A stretch of DNA of 64,000 nt from a virus (IMGVR_UViG_3300043447_000086), one strand, 5' to 3'. Shown: positions 9,763 through 19,208, counted from the first letter of the stretch. Numbers and translations: made by a program. The notes: a model not told the origin generated them from the sequence alone.

Positions 9763-9970
9763 CCAATTTCGCTTGTTTCGGTAAGTAATTAGCCTCACGG
9801 AAATCCATTTCAAGTTTATCTTTCAACGACTTGTTGATAAGAGAAGAAACGTCCTCTGGTTCAAGATAATTTTCTTTACAATAATGTAACACTGCATCCA
9901 TATAACTCAATCGTTTTTCTTTAACGATACTTTCAATGTGTAGTGAAAATTCATTCGCTGTTTTAAACAT
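9755..9970 (-). CDS. 33: Late transcription coactivator gp33
   Basis: EFSLHIESIVKEKRLSYMDAVLHYC...INKSLKDKL...NYLP. Confidence 0.9.
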   Translation of the reverse strand: MFKTANEFSLHIESIVKEKRLSYMDAVLHYCKENYLEPEDVSSLINKSLKDKLEMDFREANYLPKQAKLDV

Positions 9971-10199
9971 TAGCTTCCTTTTTGATCCAATATTCTACGT
10001 TGCGAATCTCTTGGTTCAGTTTGCAATACTCTGCGTGCTTTTGTCGATAAAGTTTCCAAATAGGGGTATTTGGCTTTTCAGGATCCATCTTGCGTTCAAA
10101 TTTGTCTAAGAACATAGTGAAGAATTTATCCATCTTCATTCGTTCCGAGAAGAGAGAGTTGCGTTTTTCAAAAAGAGTCATAGTATTAGTATACATCAT
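9963..10199 (-). CDS. Hypothetical protein
   Basis: Overlapping start/stop in operon. Confidence 0.6.
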   Translation of the reverse strand: MMYTNTMTLFEKRNSLFSERMKMDKFFTMFLDKFERKMDPEKPNTPIWKLYRQKHAEYCKLNQEIRNVEYWIKKEANV

Positions 10200-10384
10200 T
10201 TATTTTCACAAGACAAGTTAATCAAATTACCACCGTAGAAAGCTACATCCATTACAAGTGCTTCATTCTCGGATTCCAACTTCTGAATTCGTTGTTTTAG
10301 ATTTTCAATCTCTTGATTAAATTTGGTCATTGTGACTTCCAGTTGAGCTTCTTTCTCGACGCATTTAGAACAAAACTCACTCAT
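10196..10384 (-). CDS. Hypothetical coiled-coil protein
   Basis: ATGA overlaps at both ends. Confidence 0.6.
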   Translation of the reverse strand: MSEFCSKCVEKEAQLEVTMTKFNQEIENLKQRIQKLESENEALVMDVAFYGGNLINLSCENK

Positions 10385-10566
10385 TTAATCCTCGCAATCA
10401 ATTCTTTCGCATCTTTATATTCTGAATATTCTAGTAATTTCTCAACAACATCAACTCCAGGTTCATAAAGACTAGCCAATTGTCGTGGTGACAATTCAAT
10501 AAGTCCAGCATCTTTGGGTAACGTGTATGTATAACTAACGCTACCATAATACTTTTTAGGTTCCAT
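10381..10566 (-). CDS. Hypothetical protein
   Basis: Overlapping start/stop in operon. Confidence 0.6.
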   Translation of the reverse strand: MEPKKYYGSVSYTYTLPKDAGLIELSPRQLASLYEPGVDVVEKLLEYSEYKDAKELIARIK

Positions 10567-10913
10567 TATCCTCTCCTCATAGTTGCAATTTCAATTGCTT
10601 GTTCATCAGTAAAAATAGGTACAGCATTGGACTTATGCATAGTTCCAATACCCTTAATTGCAGTACCAGTATACACCTTATCAGGGGCTTTGGTGCAAGG
10701 ACCAGCCGTGAATGGAAGACTTGGAATCTTAGGCGTCTCACGACGAGCAGATGCACCAAGTGAGTATGACCAACCCGCATCCTTAGTTTTAGCTATAGGT
10801 TTCTTGGGCTCATACTTCTTAAGCATTTTCTCCCAATCTGATTGCAACTCACGTTGCTTTGCATTGGGTTTACGTTTTTTCTTAGAACGAGTGGAGGTGT
10901 GTAAGATCTGCAT
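10566..10913 (-). CDS. Conserved T4-like phage hypothetical protein
   Basis: YTGTAIKGIGTMHKSNAVPIF motif; directly behind a sigma70 promoter. Confidence 0.7.
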   Translation of the reverse strand: MQILHTSTRSKKKRKPNAKQRELQSDWEKMLKKYEPKKPIAKTKDAGWSYSLGASARRETPKIPSLPFTAGPCTKAPDKVYTGTAIKGIGTMHKSNAVPIFTDEQAIEIATMRRG

Positions 10914-10921
10914 AGAACTTT

Positions 10922-10983
10922 ATTATACATCAAAATAGAGAAAAAGTCAACACCCTAAAAAAGAAACCCCACTCTGGGTGGGG
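10922..10983 (-). promoter_or_regulatory. Sigma70 promoter with upstream palindrome
   Basis: TTGACT-17-TATAAT (10950-10922); CCCCAC-N5-GTGGGG at 10967-10983, which could also act as a terminator. Confidence 0.85.
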
Positions 10984-10989
10984 TCTTTC

Positions 10990-11244
10990 TTAACGCTTCT
11001 GGTTCACAGCGTAAGCGATACAGAGATTCGAGGAATTACTCTCGTAAGCGCATTTAACTGCAATCGGGTCAATACCCTTTACAATAGCACTTTCAATATT
11101 TCTCTCCATTGACTTAATAGAAAGTTGATTATGGTATGTAATAGCACCAACAATTGCAAGCAGAGAAATAGTCACCGAAATAATAGAAATGTTTTCAGAT
11201 TTCAAAATAAATTCCTTTAGTTTAGGCAAGATCTTTAACATCAT
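10990..11244 (-). CDS. Small membrane protein
   Basis: One TM segment; GIDPIAVKCAY motif. Confidence 0.6.
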   Translation of the reverse strand: MMLKILPKLKEFILKSENISIISVTISLLAIVGAITYHNQLSIKSMERNIESAIVKGIDPIAVKCAYESNSSNLCIAYAVNQKR

Positions 11245-11779
11245 CGCACAATCCTAATTTTTTAGCTTCTTGTGGGCTCAACCAAACATCCTGTGGTGGA
11301 AGCAGAATTTCTCTAATCTTAGCCTCAGAAAGACCAGTAGATTTTTTATAATGCTGGATCATTTTCTTGGTAGTAAGATCAAACTCTTTCACTGTAGCAA
11401 AAAGTTCGTGTTCTTTACCAATCGCACCCCAAGAATATTGGTGTGATAGGATAGAAGTATTTGGTGTAAGAATACGCATACCTTTATCGCCAGCAATGAA
11501 AATCATTAGACCAGCAGAAGCAATTTGCCCAAGACCGATTGTACGAATTGGGATAGCTGATCCACGCATAACGTCAATCAAAGCGAACGCTGCATTTAAA
11601 TCACCACCTGGAGATGTGATAATAAGATTGAGCATCTCTGGTCGTTCTTCAGCGAAGTTAGCTTCGAAAATCCATTCAACAGCAGTTTTAACTGACTGTA
11701 AACTAATTTCCTCCATTAACAGCATGAATGAATGGCGTGAAGATTCCTCTTTCAATTGGAGGTTTAGTTTGTTCATCAT
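11222..11779 (-). CDS. clpP: ClpP-like ATP-dependent protease subunit
   Basis: ITSPGGD, GLGQIASAG (catalytic Ser), SHQ (His), D-x-WL. Confidence 0.85.
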   Translation of the reverse strand: MMNKLNLQLKEESSRHSFMLLMEEISLQSVKTAVEWIFEANFAEERPEMLNLIITSPGGDLNAAFALIDVMRGSAIPIRTIGLGQIASAGLMIFIAGDKGMRILTPNTSILSHQYSWGAIGKEHELFATVKEFDLTTKKMIQHYKKSTGLSEAKIREILLPPQDVWLSPQEAKKLGLCDDVKDLA

Positions 11780-12282
11780 ATACGATCCTTGTCTTTATAA
11801 AAAATATGTCTACCAATAACAGTAGTCTTTTGCAATTTCCATTGAGGGTTTACATAATCAGCATGGTAAAAAAGAGCACCACCTGTTATGTCAGGAATCT
11901 TTTCGTAGTTAACATATACGTGAATAGCAACATCTCTGGCTTTATCGTACAATTCCCTAGCCTTGATTGTTACTGGAGTACAGAACCAAGAAAACTGACA
12001 AGTAGAGTTTACCTTTTGTTTCACTACAGAGCAAATATCTTTTGGAAATCTTGGGTCTTGAGTTCTGTTAAGTGTAACTAAAGCAACAGCAACCTTTCCA
12101 TCATTAGATTCACCCTTTGCTTCGTGGTAAATGTTTGCTGCCAAACAATCTATCTGTTTTTGTGTTTCTTTGGTTAATTGTGTGTATTTTATTTCTAATA
12201 ACTTATCTGTTTGCTCTGTTATACCTAGTAACGTTACCAAACAAAAAGCTATTGCTATGAGAGGTATGTAAATACTTCGCAT
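11776..12282 (-). CDS. SleB-like cell wall hydrolase
   Basis: CLAANIYHEAKGE, CQFSW, ALFYHADYVNPQW, IGRHIFY. Confidence 0.9.
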   Translation of the reverse strand: MRSIYIPLIAIAFCLVTLLGITEQTDKLLEIKYTQLTKETQKQIDCLAANIYHEAKGESNDGKVAVALVTLNRTQDPRFPKDICSVVKQKVNSTCQFSWFCTPVTIKARELYDKARDVAIHVYVNYEKIPDITGGALFYHADYVNPQWKLQKTTVIGRHIFYKDKDRI

Positions 12283-12329
12283 ATTGATCTCCTTAAATTA
12301 GAAGGGTGCACGAATGCACCCAATCCCTA

Positions 12330-12608
12330 TCAGGTGGACTTTTTGCTAGTCTTTTCTATTGTAGTTTGTGGGATTTGTGATACGAAACTGTTTAGCTCTG
12401 CAGCCTTTTTAATAACTTCAGTTTCGCTTGGGAATGCTGGAAATCCAGGGTGTTCAGGAATGGCTTGCCCATTGATCTTAGCAAAGTCGCATTTAGATGC
12501 GTACTCATTGCTCACCTTTTCTCGCAGACCGTAGTAGTCTTGCTCCAACATTTCTTTTGCCATCTTGAGAAGTTCAAGACGGATTTCAAATGGCGTTAAG
12601 TTTGCCAT
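12330..12608 (-). CDS. Conserved phage hypothetical protein
   Basis: LTPFEIRLELLKMAKEML motif; strong SD AAGGAG. Confidence 0.75.
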   Translation of the reverse strand: MANLTPFEIRLELLKMAKEMLEQDYYGLREKVSNEYASKCDFAKINGQAIPEHPGFPAFPSETEVIKKAAELNSFVSQIPQTTIEKTSKKST

Positions 12609-12695
12609 AGTTTTTCTCCTTTGTGATGTGTGTAAAATAGCAGTTTCTTGCGGGGTGCTGCCAGACCCCCAATAGCCTCTAAGGGCAACTGTATA

Positions 12696-12899
12696 TTATT
12701 TAGCTTCTGGTTTTTTCTTCGGAGTAGGCTTGGTAGCAGAAGGTGGAGCTTTAGGTGCAGCTTCCTTCTTTGGTTCAGCCTTCTTAGCTGTGTCTTTCTT
12801 TGCAGCAGCTGCCATCTTCTCAGGAGTAGGTTGTTTTGCTGCTTGAGCCATAACGCCAGTAGCAACAGTCAATGCTAAAATTGCGATAATTGATTTCAT
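12696..12899 (-). CDS. Small secreted Lys/Ala/Pro-rich protein
   Basis: Signal peptide MKSIIAILALTVATGVMA; SD AAAGGA. Confidence 0.65.
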   Translation of the reverse strand: MKSIIAILALTVATGVMAQAAKQPTPEKMAAAAKKDTAKKAEPKKEAAPKAPPSATKPTPKKKPEAK

Positions 12900-12919
12900 A
12901 GAAAATTTCCTTTGTTAAG

Positions 12920-13225
12920 TGGTGGTTATTCTGTTACGAGGAAACCACCGAAACCCTAAGCAGTGTTTAGGCTGCTAATGCGAACAGTTCGTCGTTTGCG
13001 TTTACGTTTTTTGCTTCTTCGACCGAGTTTCCCCAATCCTACGGGTTTCACATTCCCGTGCTGTCCACTCTGTTACTCTTTGCCCTGTCGAAACCATGGC
13101 ATCCCCATCAAAAGTATATTGACGACATTTCTGGTCCAATTCCATGGTGTGGGACCAATATACTTTTGGTGGAGATGGGGGGAGTCGAACCCCCGTCCAG
13201 AACACTTTTCTCTTTGCTTCATACA
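12920..13225 (-). ncRNA. ssrA: Permuted (two-piece) tmRNA; tag ANDELFALAA
   Basis: T-arm and CCA piece (13198-13167) precede the 5' GGGGAUG end (13106); G3-U70 pair; tag ORF 12999-12967; outer ends approximate. Confidence 0.9.
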
Positions 13226-13263
13226 GCAATAATCATCTATTTAACAATTATATCTTATTATCA

Positions 13264-13845
13264 TCACAAAAGCAAGTTTTTCATATCTTGCAAAGATTTT
13301 GTCTTAAAGTTGAAAAAAATACATGTTGAGATTGCACTTGTATAAAATTCTTTGTATGACGTAAAATCTACAATGTTCAATATGTTTCTATTTAGCTGCA
13401 AATTCTCAACTAACCTTAAGTCAGCTTTATTGGCGCTAGTGAGGATAGATGATGTCCTGTGCTCTCGTAAATTAGAAGTTTTCGGTTCATATATTCGAAA
13501 AGAACACTCTGTATCAGAAAGATTCATAATCATCCCAGAGTTGTTTCTACCAACTTCTTTTTTAACCGTGCTCGTATCTACAGAAGAAAACTGAACAACT
13601 CTGCAGACAATGTCGAATTTACCAAGATCAATGTTTTCAAATTTCTCTTTGAGAGAGTTATCAATTAAGGTTGGATCTAAGCAGCACCAGCTGGTGAATG
13701 TATTAGAGTCAGAATACATTTTCTGATAGTAGTAAGTCTTTGGGACAAGAACGCCATCAGAGTCATAATCAAAATACTTTGGGAAGTATTCCTGTGATAA
13801 GAAATCTGCTAGGTCTTTGTTATCATAAACAAATGACTTATACAT
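13264..13845 (-). CDS. Hypothetical AT-rich protein
   Basis: 193-aa ORF overlapping the upstream stop. Confidence 0.6.
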   Translation of the reverse strand: MYKSFVYDNKDLADFLSQEYFPKYFDYDSDGVLVPKTYYYQKMYSDSNTFTSWCCLDPTLIDNSLKEKFENIDLGKFDIVCRVVQFSSVDTSTVKKEVGRNNSGMIMNLSDTECSFRIYEPKTSNLREHRTSSILTSANKADLRLVENLQLNRNILNIVDFTSYKEFYTSAISTCIFFNFKTKSLQDMKNLLL

Positions 13846-14491
13846 TCTTCAAGTTCCTATAATCCATTCTTAATTTTTTGAATCCACCAATCCAATTGTC
13901 ACGCTTTTCGATAAACCAACGAGGATCATCATTCTCAACTGCCATCAATATTGCAAGTCTTCCAATTGGAATCCCAGTGCGTTCTTCAAACGAAACCGCA
14001 TAAGCTGCACACTGCATAAAATAGTGATAAATGTCATCACGGTCTTTTGGTTTGCTTGCTGTCTTAAAATCTATGACAGTAAGTTTACCTTGGAACTCTG
14101 CGATACAATCAACTGTTCCTGCAACTTGTAGGTGGTCAGAATATAGTGGAGTTTCCAAGCAGTGGATGTTGTCGATGTCGTCGAGTAAGAACTTGATTGA
14201 GTTAAACATTTCGAGATCGAAAATGTCTGCTTCGAATACGTTTCCTCGTAGGTAGTCTTCACAGTACTGATGGATTCTTGTTCCACGTGCTGATGCTCTA
14301 CCTGAGACTCGGTTTGCTTCTTCTTCGCCAACCCGCAATCGCCACTTTCTAATTCCTTCTGCGGTGGCTTGCCCCGTAATGGTTGTAACGCTTGGATAGC
14401 ATCGACCCGATGGCGTCTTGTAGACTCTAGTGCCATCGGGGCTTGTGTCACGTTCCAATTTGGGGAAATCATGATGTATAAAAGTTTTCAT
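13838..14491 (-). CDS. PD-(D/E)XK exonuclease
   Basis: YPSVTT, RGTRIH, AGTVDCIAEF..VIDFKT, Q..AY; start re-called at MKTF. Confidence 0.85.
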   Translation of the reverse strand: MKTFIHHDFPKLERDTSPDGTRVYKTPSGRCYPSVTTITGQATAEGIRKWRLRVGEEEANRVSGRASARGTRIHQYCEDYLRGNVFEADIFDLEMFNSIKFLLDDIDNIHCLETPLYSDHLQVAGTVDCIAEFQGKLTVIDFKTASKPKDRDDIYHYFMQCAAYAVSFEERTGIPIGRLAILMAVENDDPRWFIEKRDNWIGGFKKLRMDYRNLKNV

Positions 14492-15111
14492 TAAGTTAGT
14501 TCGTGAATACACTCATTATAATGTTTAATTCGATCTTCAAGTCCAATGTAACCACCATTGATCTTGCGAGTCATCGTCTTGATATCACCTGCGTCTGCTT
14601 CTTTGTTTAATCCGTTTTTGTTCCAGAACCAAATAGCAGACATCAATGCGAAATCTTTATCATACGTCACCCAGTCTGGATTCTCAACTACGTTCTGCCA
14701 GTCTTCGAACATATCCTTAGCAAATGCCGTATAGTTCGATTTACCAGTTAACTGAATTGGTCCTCGTCCACGATATTTGTATCCATCACCAGATTCCTCT
14801 GGTCCATTACCCATACGGTTTCCATAGATACGATTCGCAATCTTTTGTGGTTGACGTTGGTAAGCTAAAGCTAACTCATCGTTAGGGAAATACTTACCGA
14901 AAATTTTTCTCAATCCTTGCGCTGAATAGTTAAGGTTTTCTTCAAACGTAGTCCAACCACCAGATTCGTGACCACATTGAGCTAAGAAAGCCGCAACACG
15001 TTGTGGCGTGTTAATCTCGTATGTTGGGAATACATTTGCCATTGCCTCTGCCCAAACAGCTGGCTCAGGATTACGTGGGAATAGTTTGTGAAATTGCTCC
15101 GCTGTTATCAT
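14491..15111 (-). CDS. GH19 (chitinase-like) endolysin
   Basis: AAFLAQCGHESGG, ENLNYS, DGYKYRGRGPIQLTG, TRKINGG. Confidence 0.9.
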   Translation of the reverse strand: MITAEQFHKLFPRNPEPAVWAEAMANVFPTYEINTPQRVAAFLAQCGHESGGWTTFEENLNYSAQGLRKIFGKYFPNDELALAYQRQPQKIANRIYGNRMGNGPEESGDGYKYRGRGPIQLTGKSNYTAFAKDMFEDWQNVVENPDWVTYDKDFALMSAIWFWNKNGLNKEADAGDIKTMTRKINGGYIGLEDRIKHYNECIHELT

Positions 15112-15887
15112 TGTTTTTTCTCATAGAAATCCTCATATTTAAGTTTAGCCAAAATATAGTCTTTCACGAGAGAACTTCTCACGATATCGTCAACAGTAAA
15201 CTCAATACGAGTAAAAGCACCCATGTGTTGAGCGATGTCGAAGAATTTTAAGATTCCAGTAACATCGTTCTTTTTCTTATTCAAGTCTGTCTGACGATAA
15301 TCGCCACACCAAATAATCTTAGATCGATATCCGACACGAGTCATAACGGTATCAATCTCTTCATAGGTCAGATTCTGCATCTCATCAACAATGATGATAG
15401 CGTCGTCGAAACTCATACCACGAATAAATGATGTAGAAATAAATGTAATGTGACCTTGTTCTTCTAATCTATCCCATGCGTCTTTGCGCTTAAATAAAGT
15501 TTCGCAAATTTGACGATATGGTTGTTCATAAATTTCCATCTTCTCATTAACGTCTCCTGGAAGATGACCGATCTCACGAGATTGTACTGCAGAACGAACT
15601 ACAATAATCTTGTTGAAAGGATTTGATTTGTCTAGGACTTCTTCAATGGCTTTATACAATGCACAAAAGGTCTTACCTGTTCCAGCTACTCCATGGAGTG
15701 CTACAAAATAATCTCCTCTTTTATACGCATCAAAAAATAATCTTTGATTTTCGGTTAATGGATCAAATGTTAATAGATCATCAATTCTTAACCTTAAATG
15801 ATTATTGATAGATTTAAGTTTTGCTGGCTCACTGTGTTCATTATCTTTTACTGCCTTTACAGCCACTGCTGCTGCTTTACGAGCCAT
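15108..15887 (-). CDS. phoH: PhoH-family ATPase
   Basis: GVAGTGKT, IGHLPG, RGMSFDDAIIIVDEMQN, GDYRQTDL. Confidence 0.92.
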   Translation of the reverse strand: MARKAAAVAVKAVKDNEHSEPAKLKSINNHLRLRIDDLLTFDPLTENQRLFFDAYKRGDYFVALHGVAGTGKTFCALYKAIEEVLDKSNPFNKIIVVRSAVQSREIGHLPGDVNEKMEIYEQPYRQICETLFKRKDAWDRLEEQGHITFISTSFIRGMSFDDAIIIVDEMQNLTYEEIDTVMTRVGYRSKIIWCGDYRQTDLNKKKNDVTGILKFFDIAQHMGAFTRIEFTVDDIVRSSLVKDYILAKLKYEDFYEKKQ

Positions 15888-15896
15888 TTAATCCCC

Positions 15897-16028
15897 TTAT
15901 TTCGTTTTTGGTTTTCTTGGTTTTGTTTTACCAGAGATTCTATTTGATGCTCTGGTAGAAGCAGCTTTAATTTTCTGCCCAAGAGTTTTTGGTCGGACTA
16001 TCTTACCAGTTTTTTTATTAACTGCCAT
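15897..16028 (-). CDS. 43-aa basic peptide (not in ORF track)
   Basis: Manual translation MAVNKKTGKIVRPK...KPKTK; SD AAGGAG. Confidence 0.55.
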   Translation of the reverse strand: MAVNKKTGKIVRPKTLGQKIKAASTRASNRISGKTKPRKPKTK

Positions 16029-16036
16029 ATCACTCC

Positions 16037-16279
16037 TTATAATTGAGAAGAAGTTTTGTGTAAATCGTTGCGTGGGTTACGTTCCTTGATTTTTTGCAGC
16101 ACCTCCTTAAACCCCGTATCTTTCTTGAGTGTAATGTGGTCACCCGCAAACGCAGGTGCTTGCGTTAGTGTCTGTTCAAGATGGGGATTTGCGGCGAGAA
16201 AATCATCCTTGGCACTTATTTTCATAAAGTGCTCGGTGACTTCGCCTGTTAGTTTGTTACGAAATTCATACGTCGGCAT
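16037..16279 (-). CDS. FmdB-like small protein
   Basis: MPTYEF...TGEVTE N-terminus typical of this T4-like family. Confidence 0.7.
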   Translation of the reverse strand: MPTYEFRNKLTGEVTEHFMKISAKDDFLAANPHLEQTLTQAPAFAGDHITLKKDTGFKEVLQKIKERNPRNDLHKTSSQL

Positions 16280-16299
16280 AATATCTCCTTACACTGTAT

Positions 16300-16974
16300 T
16301 TAGGGTTTTTTATACCAAATCTGCGAATCTGGAAATTTTTTTATACTTCGTTCTATTAAACTAGATTCTTTAGTCTTGTCTACTTTGTCTGGGCTAGATG
16401 GATAAACTAAACAAGCAATTCTATCCCCAAGAACGGCACGATTAGTTTCTACACCATGACACGCCAATTTAGAATTTATCACAAATGCGCATCTATTAGT
16501 TGGACGTTTGGCAATAAATTTAGTAGAAGTATCTACAACACAATCCCAATTCGGAACAGTTTGGGGTAAATCTGTTGTCGGGTCTTTAGACATATAAAAG
16601 AATAAATTTTCATTATTCTTATTAGTGATATGAAATCTATAACCAAACCCATCAGCATCACCATGAAGAAAAATATCATGGTCACCTTTCTGAGCAAGAA
16701 ACACCAACACTCTATCCCCAACAATAGGAAATTTATCTAAGTGTTCATACAGCTGCGAGAATTTGCTTCTAAATTCTTGAGCAACTTTCACATTGGAATC
16801 TGCGTTAAATGACAAAACAACCCAAGGATATTCTTTTTTATGCAATTCCATGTAACGAACTTTGGTGGTCGTTTGAATTTCGTTATCGACCATCCAGCCA
16901 GTGAATTCCTGAATATTGATATTGGGAGAATCAGGTATATCAAGCGGTGAATAAATTAAGTTGGTGTAATCCAA
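16300..16974 (-). CDS. Putative cupin / 2OG-Fe(II) oxygenase-like protein
   Basis: H-x-D (LHGD) and distal His (CHGV); TTG start with GAGG SD. Confidence 0.45.
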   Translation of the reverse strand: MDYTNLIYSPLDIPDSPNINIQEFTGWMVDNEIQTTTKVRYMELHKKEYPWVVLSFNADSNVKVAQEFRSKFSQLYEHLDKFPIVGDRVLVFLAQKGDHDIFLHGDADGFGYRFHITNKNNENLFFYMSKDPTTDLPQTVPNWDCVVDTSTKFIAKRPTNRCAFVINSKLACHGVETNRAVLGDRIACLVYPSSPDKVDKTKESSLIERSIKKFPDSQIWYKKP

Positions 16975-16984
16975 TCTAGACCTC

Positions 16985-18001
16985 TTATTTTGTGGCTTCG
17001 TAAAGAGAACGACTAGCCAAATTCTTTGCTTTAGATTCGCACATAATGTCATGAGTAGGCAGATATCCCAAAACCCAATCGTTTGCTGCGGTATTCCAGT
17101 AAAAATCTGAGTGTGCACGCAGTTTGGCTTTTTTGTAGCCAAGATCTTTTAGGGTTTCCATATCTGGTTTAACAAATGCGTCATGATCGATGAGATAATC
17201 TTCACGTGACAGTGAGTAATGCATAGTTGGTCGAATACCACGCCAAGAATCAATAACACGTTTGACACGGTCATCTGATGGATCTAGGTATTCACCCTCA
17301 CGACACCAGTGGTGGTGTACATCCAAAACAATAGGAAGCAGATCGCCAAGAGACAACGCATCTTCTAGACCCCATGCGTTTTCTTCGTTCTCGATAGTGA
17401 TACAATTTTGCGCAACAGTCGACAATCGTTTATACGCTGCACGGATACCATCTGGACCAAGTTTGCCAGAAATGTGCACGTTGATTTTAAAGTCTTGGAA
17501 TGTTTTACCGTAACCCATCATGCGAGCCATGTCAGCATGATATTCGAATTCGTCAATAGAGTTATTGACAATCCCAGGATTCTCGGAAGCAAGAACAGTA
17601 AACTGTCCTGGATGGAAACTAAGACGAACACCACGGGCACGAGCAGTTTCTCCGATCTTAGAGAACCCACGTTGCAAAACATCAAGGACATCTTGCTGCT
17701 TGTAGAAATAACTCCAGTCAGCATGAGTATAAACTGGCAGAATCTCGCTGGACAAACGAACCATACGCATCCCTTCTTCAAGAGATGCGACTTTGTTAAC
17801 AAGGTTGAGTGTGTTCTGTAGGTTTTGTTTCGTAATGTCCCACAGTTTTTCTTCAGCTGTGGTTTTTGATTGACGACCAAGCCATGCTACAGTTGTAGTT
17901 CCTGTGCTGTATTTGCGTGCATCATCTTTAGGTTTGATGCCATCAACTTGATCTGGTGTGTCAATCCACTTGCAAGCAAAACCAATTTTACCTTGTGTCA
18001 T
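16985..18001 (-). CDS. uvsE: UV-damage endonuclease UvsE
   Basis: RLSSEILP, RLSFHPGQF, IENEE, LDVHHHW, RAHSD, ESKAKN. Confidence 0.92.
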   Translation of the reverse strand: MTQGKIGFACKWIDTPDQVDGIKPKDDARKYSTGTTTVAWLGRQSKTTAEEKLWDITKQNLQNTLNLVNKVASLEEGMRMVRLSSEILPVYTHADWSYFYKQQDVLDVLQRGFSKIGETARARGVRLSFHPGQFTVLASENPGIVNNSIDEFEYHADMARMMGYGKTFQDFKINVHISGKLGPDGIRAAYKRLSTVAQNCITIENEENAWGLEDALSLGDLLPIVLDVHHHWCREGEYLDPSDDRVKRVIDSWRGIRPTMHYSLSREDYLIDHDAFVKPDMETLKDLGYKKAKLRAHSDFYWNTAANDWVLGYLPTHDIMCESKAKNLASRSLYEATK

Positions 18002-18192
18002 AATATGTGTGTGTAGAAAAAGTTAGCAATAATAAAAAAGCAGGTAATAACATGTATTATTACCCAAAAAGTTTTCAAAAGCAAGGCTACTTTTGCTTCA
18101 CGTAAAGTTAGAACTGGAACATCTGGTTTGTCGTCATCAGTACGACCCATTAGATGTCCCGTTGCCCTAGCCCAAATTAACCAAAATCTCAT
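17998..18192 (-). CDS. Small membrane protein
   Basis: C-terminal TM segment; overlapping operon. Confidence 0.55.
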   Translation of the reverse strand: MRFWLIWARATGHLMGRTDDDKPDVPVLTLREAKVALLLKTFWVIIHVITCFFIIANFFYTHIL

Positions 18193-18440
18193 GGCAATAA
18201 CAGTGTTCCATTCTTATCGAATTTTTGACGAGGAACATCAGACCAATATTGTTTTACAGTACCAGAGCCATATTCATCATGCTCCCAAACCTGCATCTGT
18301 AGTTTAACAGTTTCAACTTTACCATCATCATTCACAATTTCTGCAACACGAAACTCATACGATAGAGGTTTCACGAATGGAGAATATTGCTGTGGTAATG
18401 ATTGAACTGGAAGAAGCATCTGTTTTGTAGTTAATTGCAT
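18189..18440 (-). CDS. Hypothetical protein
   Basis: Overlapping start/stop. Confidence 0.6.
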   Translation of the reverse strand: MQLTTKQMLLPVQSLPQQYSPFVKPLSYEFRVAEIVNDDGKVETVKLQMQVWEHDEYGSGTVKQYWSDVPRQKFDKNGTLLLP

Positions 18441-18727
18441 TACAAAATCATCCTAATCAAGCCAATAAAGTCAATTGTAACTAAGAGCATATAGTTAGCC
18501 AACATGCCAAAAGATTTCCGAGTCCAAGCAGCCCAAGCATACAAGGCACAACCAAGAATCCAAACAGGATAAAGAGCCAGAAGCGGTGGTGTCGGGACTG
18601 TGAGTGCCATAGTAATACTACAACCAATGCTAATAGCCCAAGCAAGCAACTCAATAGCAAAGCGAACTGGGTGAGACTTAAAATCATCACGAATCCATTG
18701 TAACGTTGGTTTGAAAAAATCAAGCAT
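18440..18727 (-). CDS. Small multi-TM membrane protein
   Basis: Three TM segments; start re-called at MLDFF. Confidence 0.65.
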   Translation of the reverse strand: MLDFFKPTLQWIRDDFKSHPVRFAIELLAWAISIGCSITMALTVPTPPLLALYPVWILGCALYAWAAWTRKSFGMLANYMLLVTIDFIGLIRMIL

Positions 18728-19208
18728 TAATCGCTCTAATCTGTAAAATAGTTGAGTCAAGAATTCTGATTGTTTCAGAAGAATGACTATGGAGGATGCC
18801 ATGACCACCAGCAGCATTGAATGGAGTGATGCAACCAATAGAGTCGTCAATCAAGATTGACGTTGCTGTGGCGTACTGCGCCTTTTCTTGTTTGTTATGC
18901 ACGAAATTGGCTTTGTACGGAATGTTTTTCTCACTAAGCCACTTTAGTTTTTGCATTTTCGCAGCATTGGCTTGATCTTGCTGGTGTGTTCCCATTGAAG
19001 TGAGAATTTCAATGTTGACACCATACAGTTTAGAAACGTGATTTAGCAATTCTTGAGTGTCTGGCATAAAATCCAGCTTCTCGAAGATGTGATGCGACAA
19101 AACAGCATCACGAAATTTCTTGCGATCCTCTTTTTGAGGGTCAAATTTGGTGTATTCCTTGTTGAAATCAGCAAGGACACCGTCCATATCAAGGTAAAGT
19201 GTAATCAT
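18720..19208 (-). CDS. HAD-family 5'(3')-deoxyribonucleotidase
   Basis: LYLDMDGVLADF, ILTS, ILIDD. Confidence 0.85.
   Translation of the reverse strand: MITLYLDMDGVLADFNKEYTKFDPQKEDRKKFRDAVLSHHIFEKLDFMPDTQELLNHVSKLYGVNIEILTSMGTHQQDQANAAKMQKLKWLSEKNIPYKANFVHNKQEKAQYATATSILIDDSIGCITPFNAAGGHGILHSHSSETIRILDSTILQIRAINA

Noticed and set aside
13838-14491. Cas4 assignment for the PD-(D/E)XK nuclease
   Set aside because: No four-Cys Fe-S motif and no CRISPR context; it is a common T4-like exonuclease
16975-17142. N-terminal extension of ORF 16300-17142 (likewise the extensions of 38126-39655, 34861-35754 and 18440-18850)
   Set aside because: They overlap upstream genes or ncRNA; better SD-led starts exist downstream
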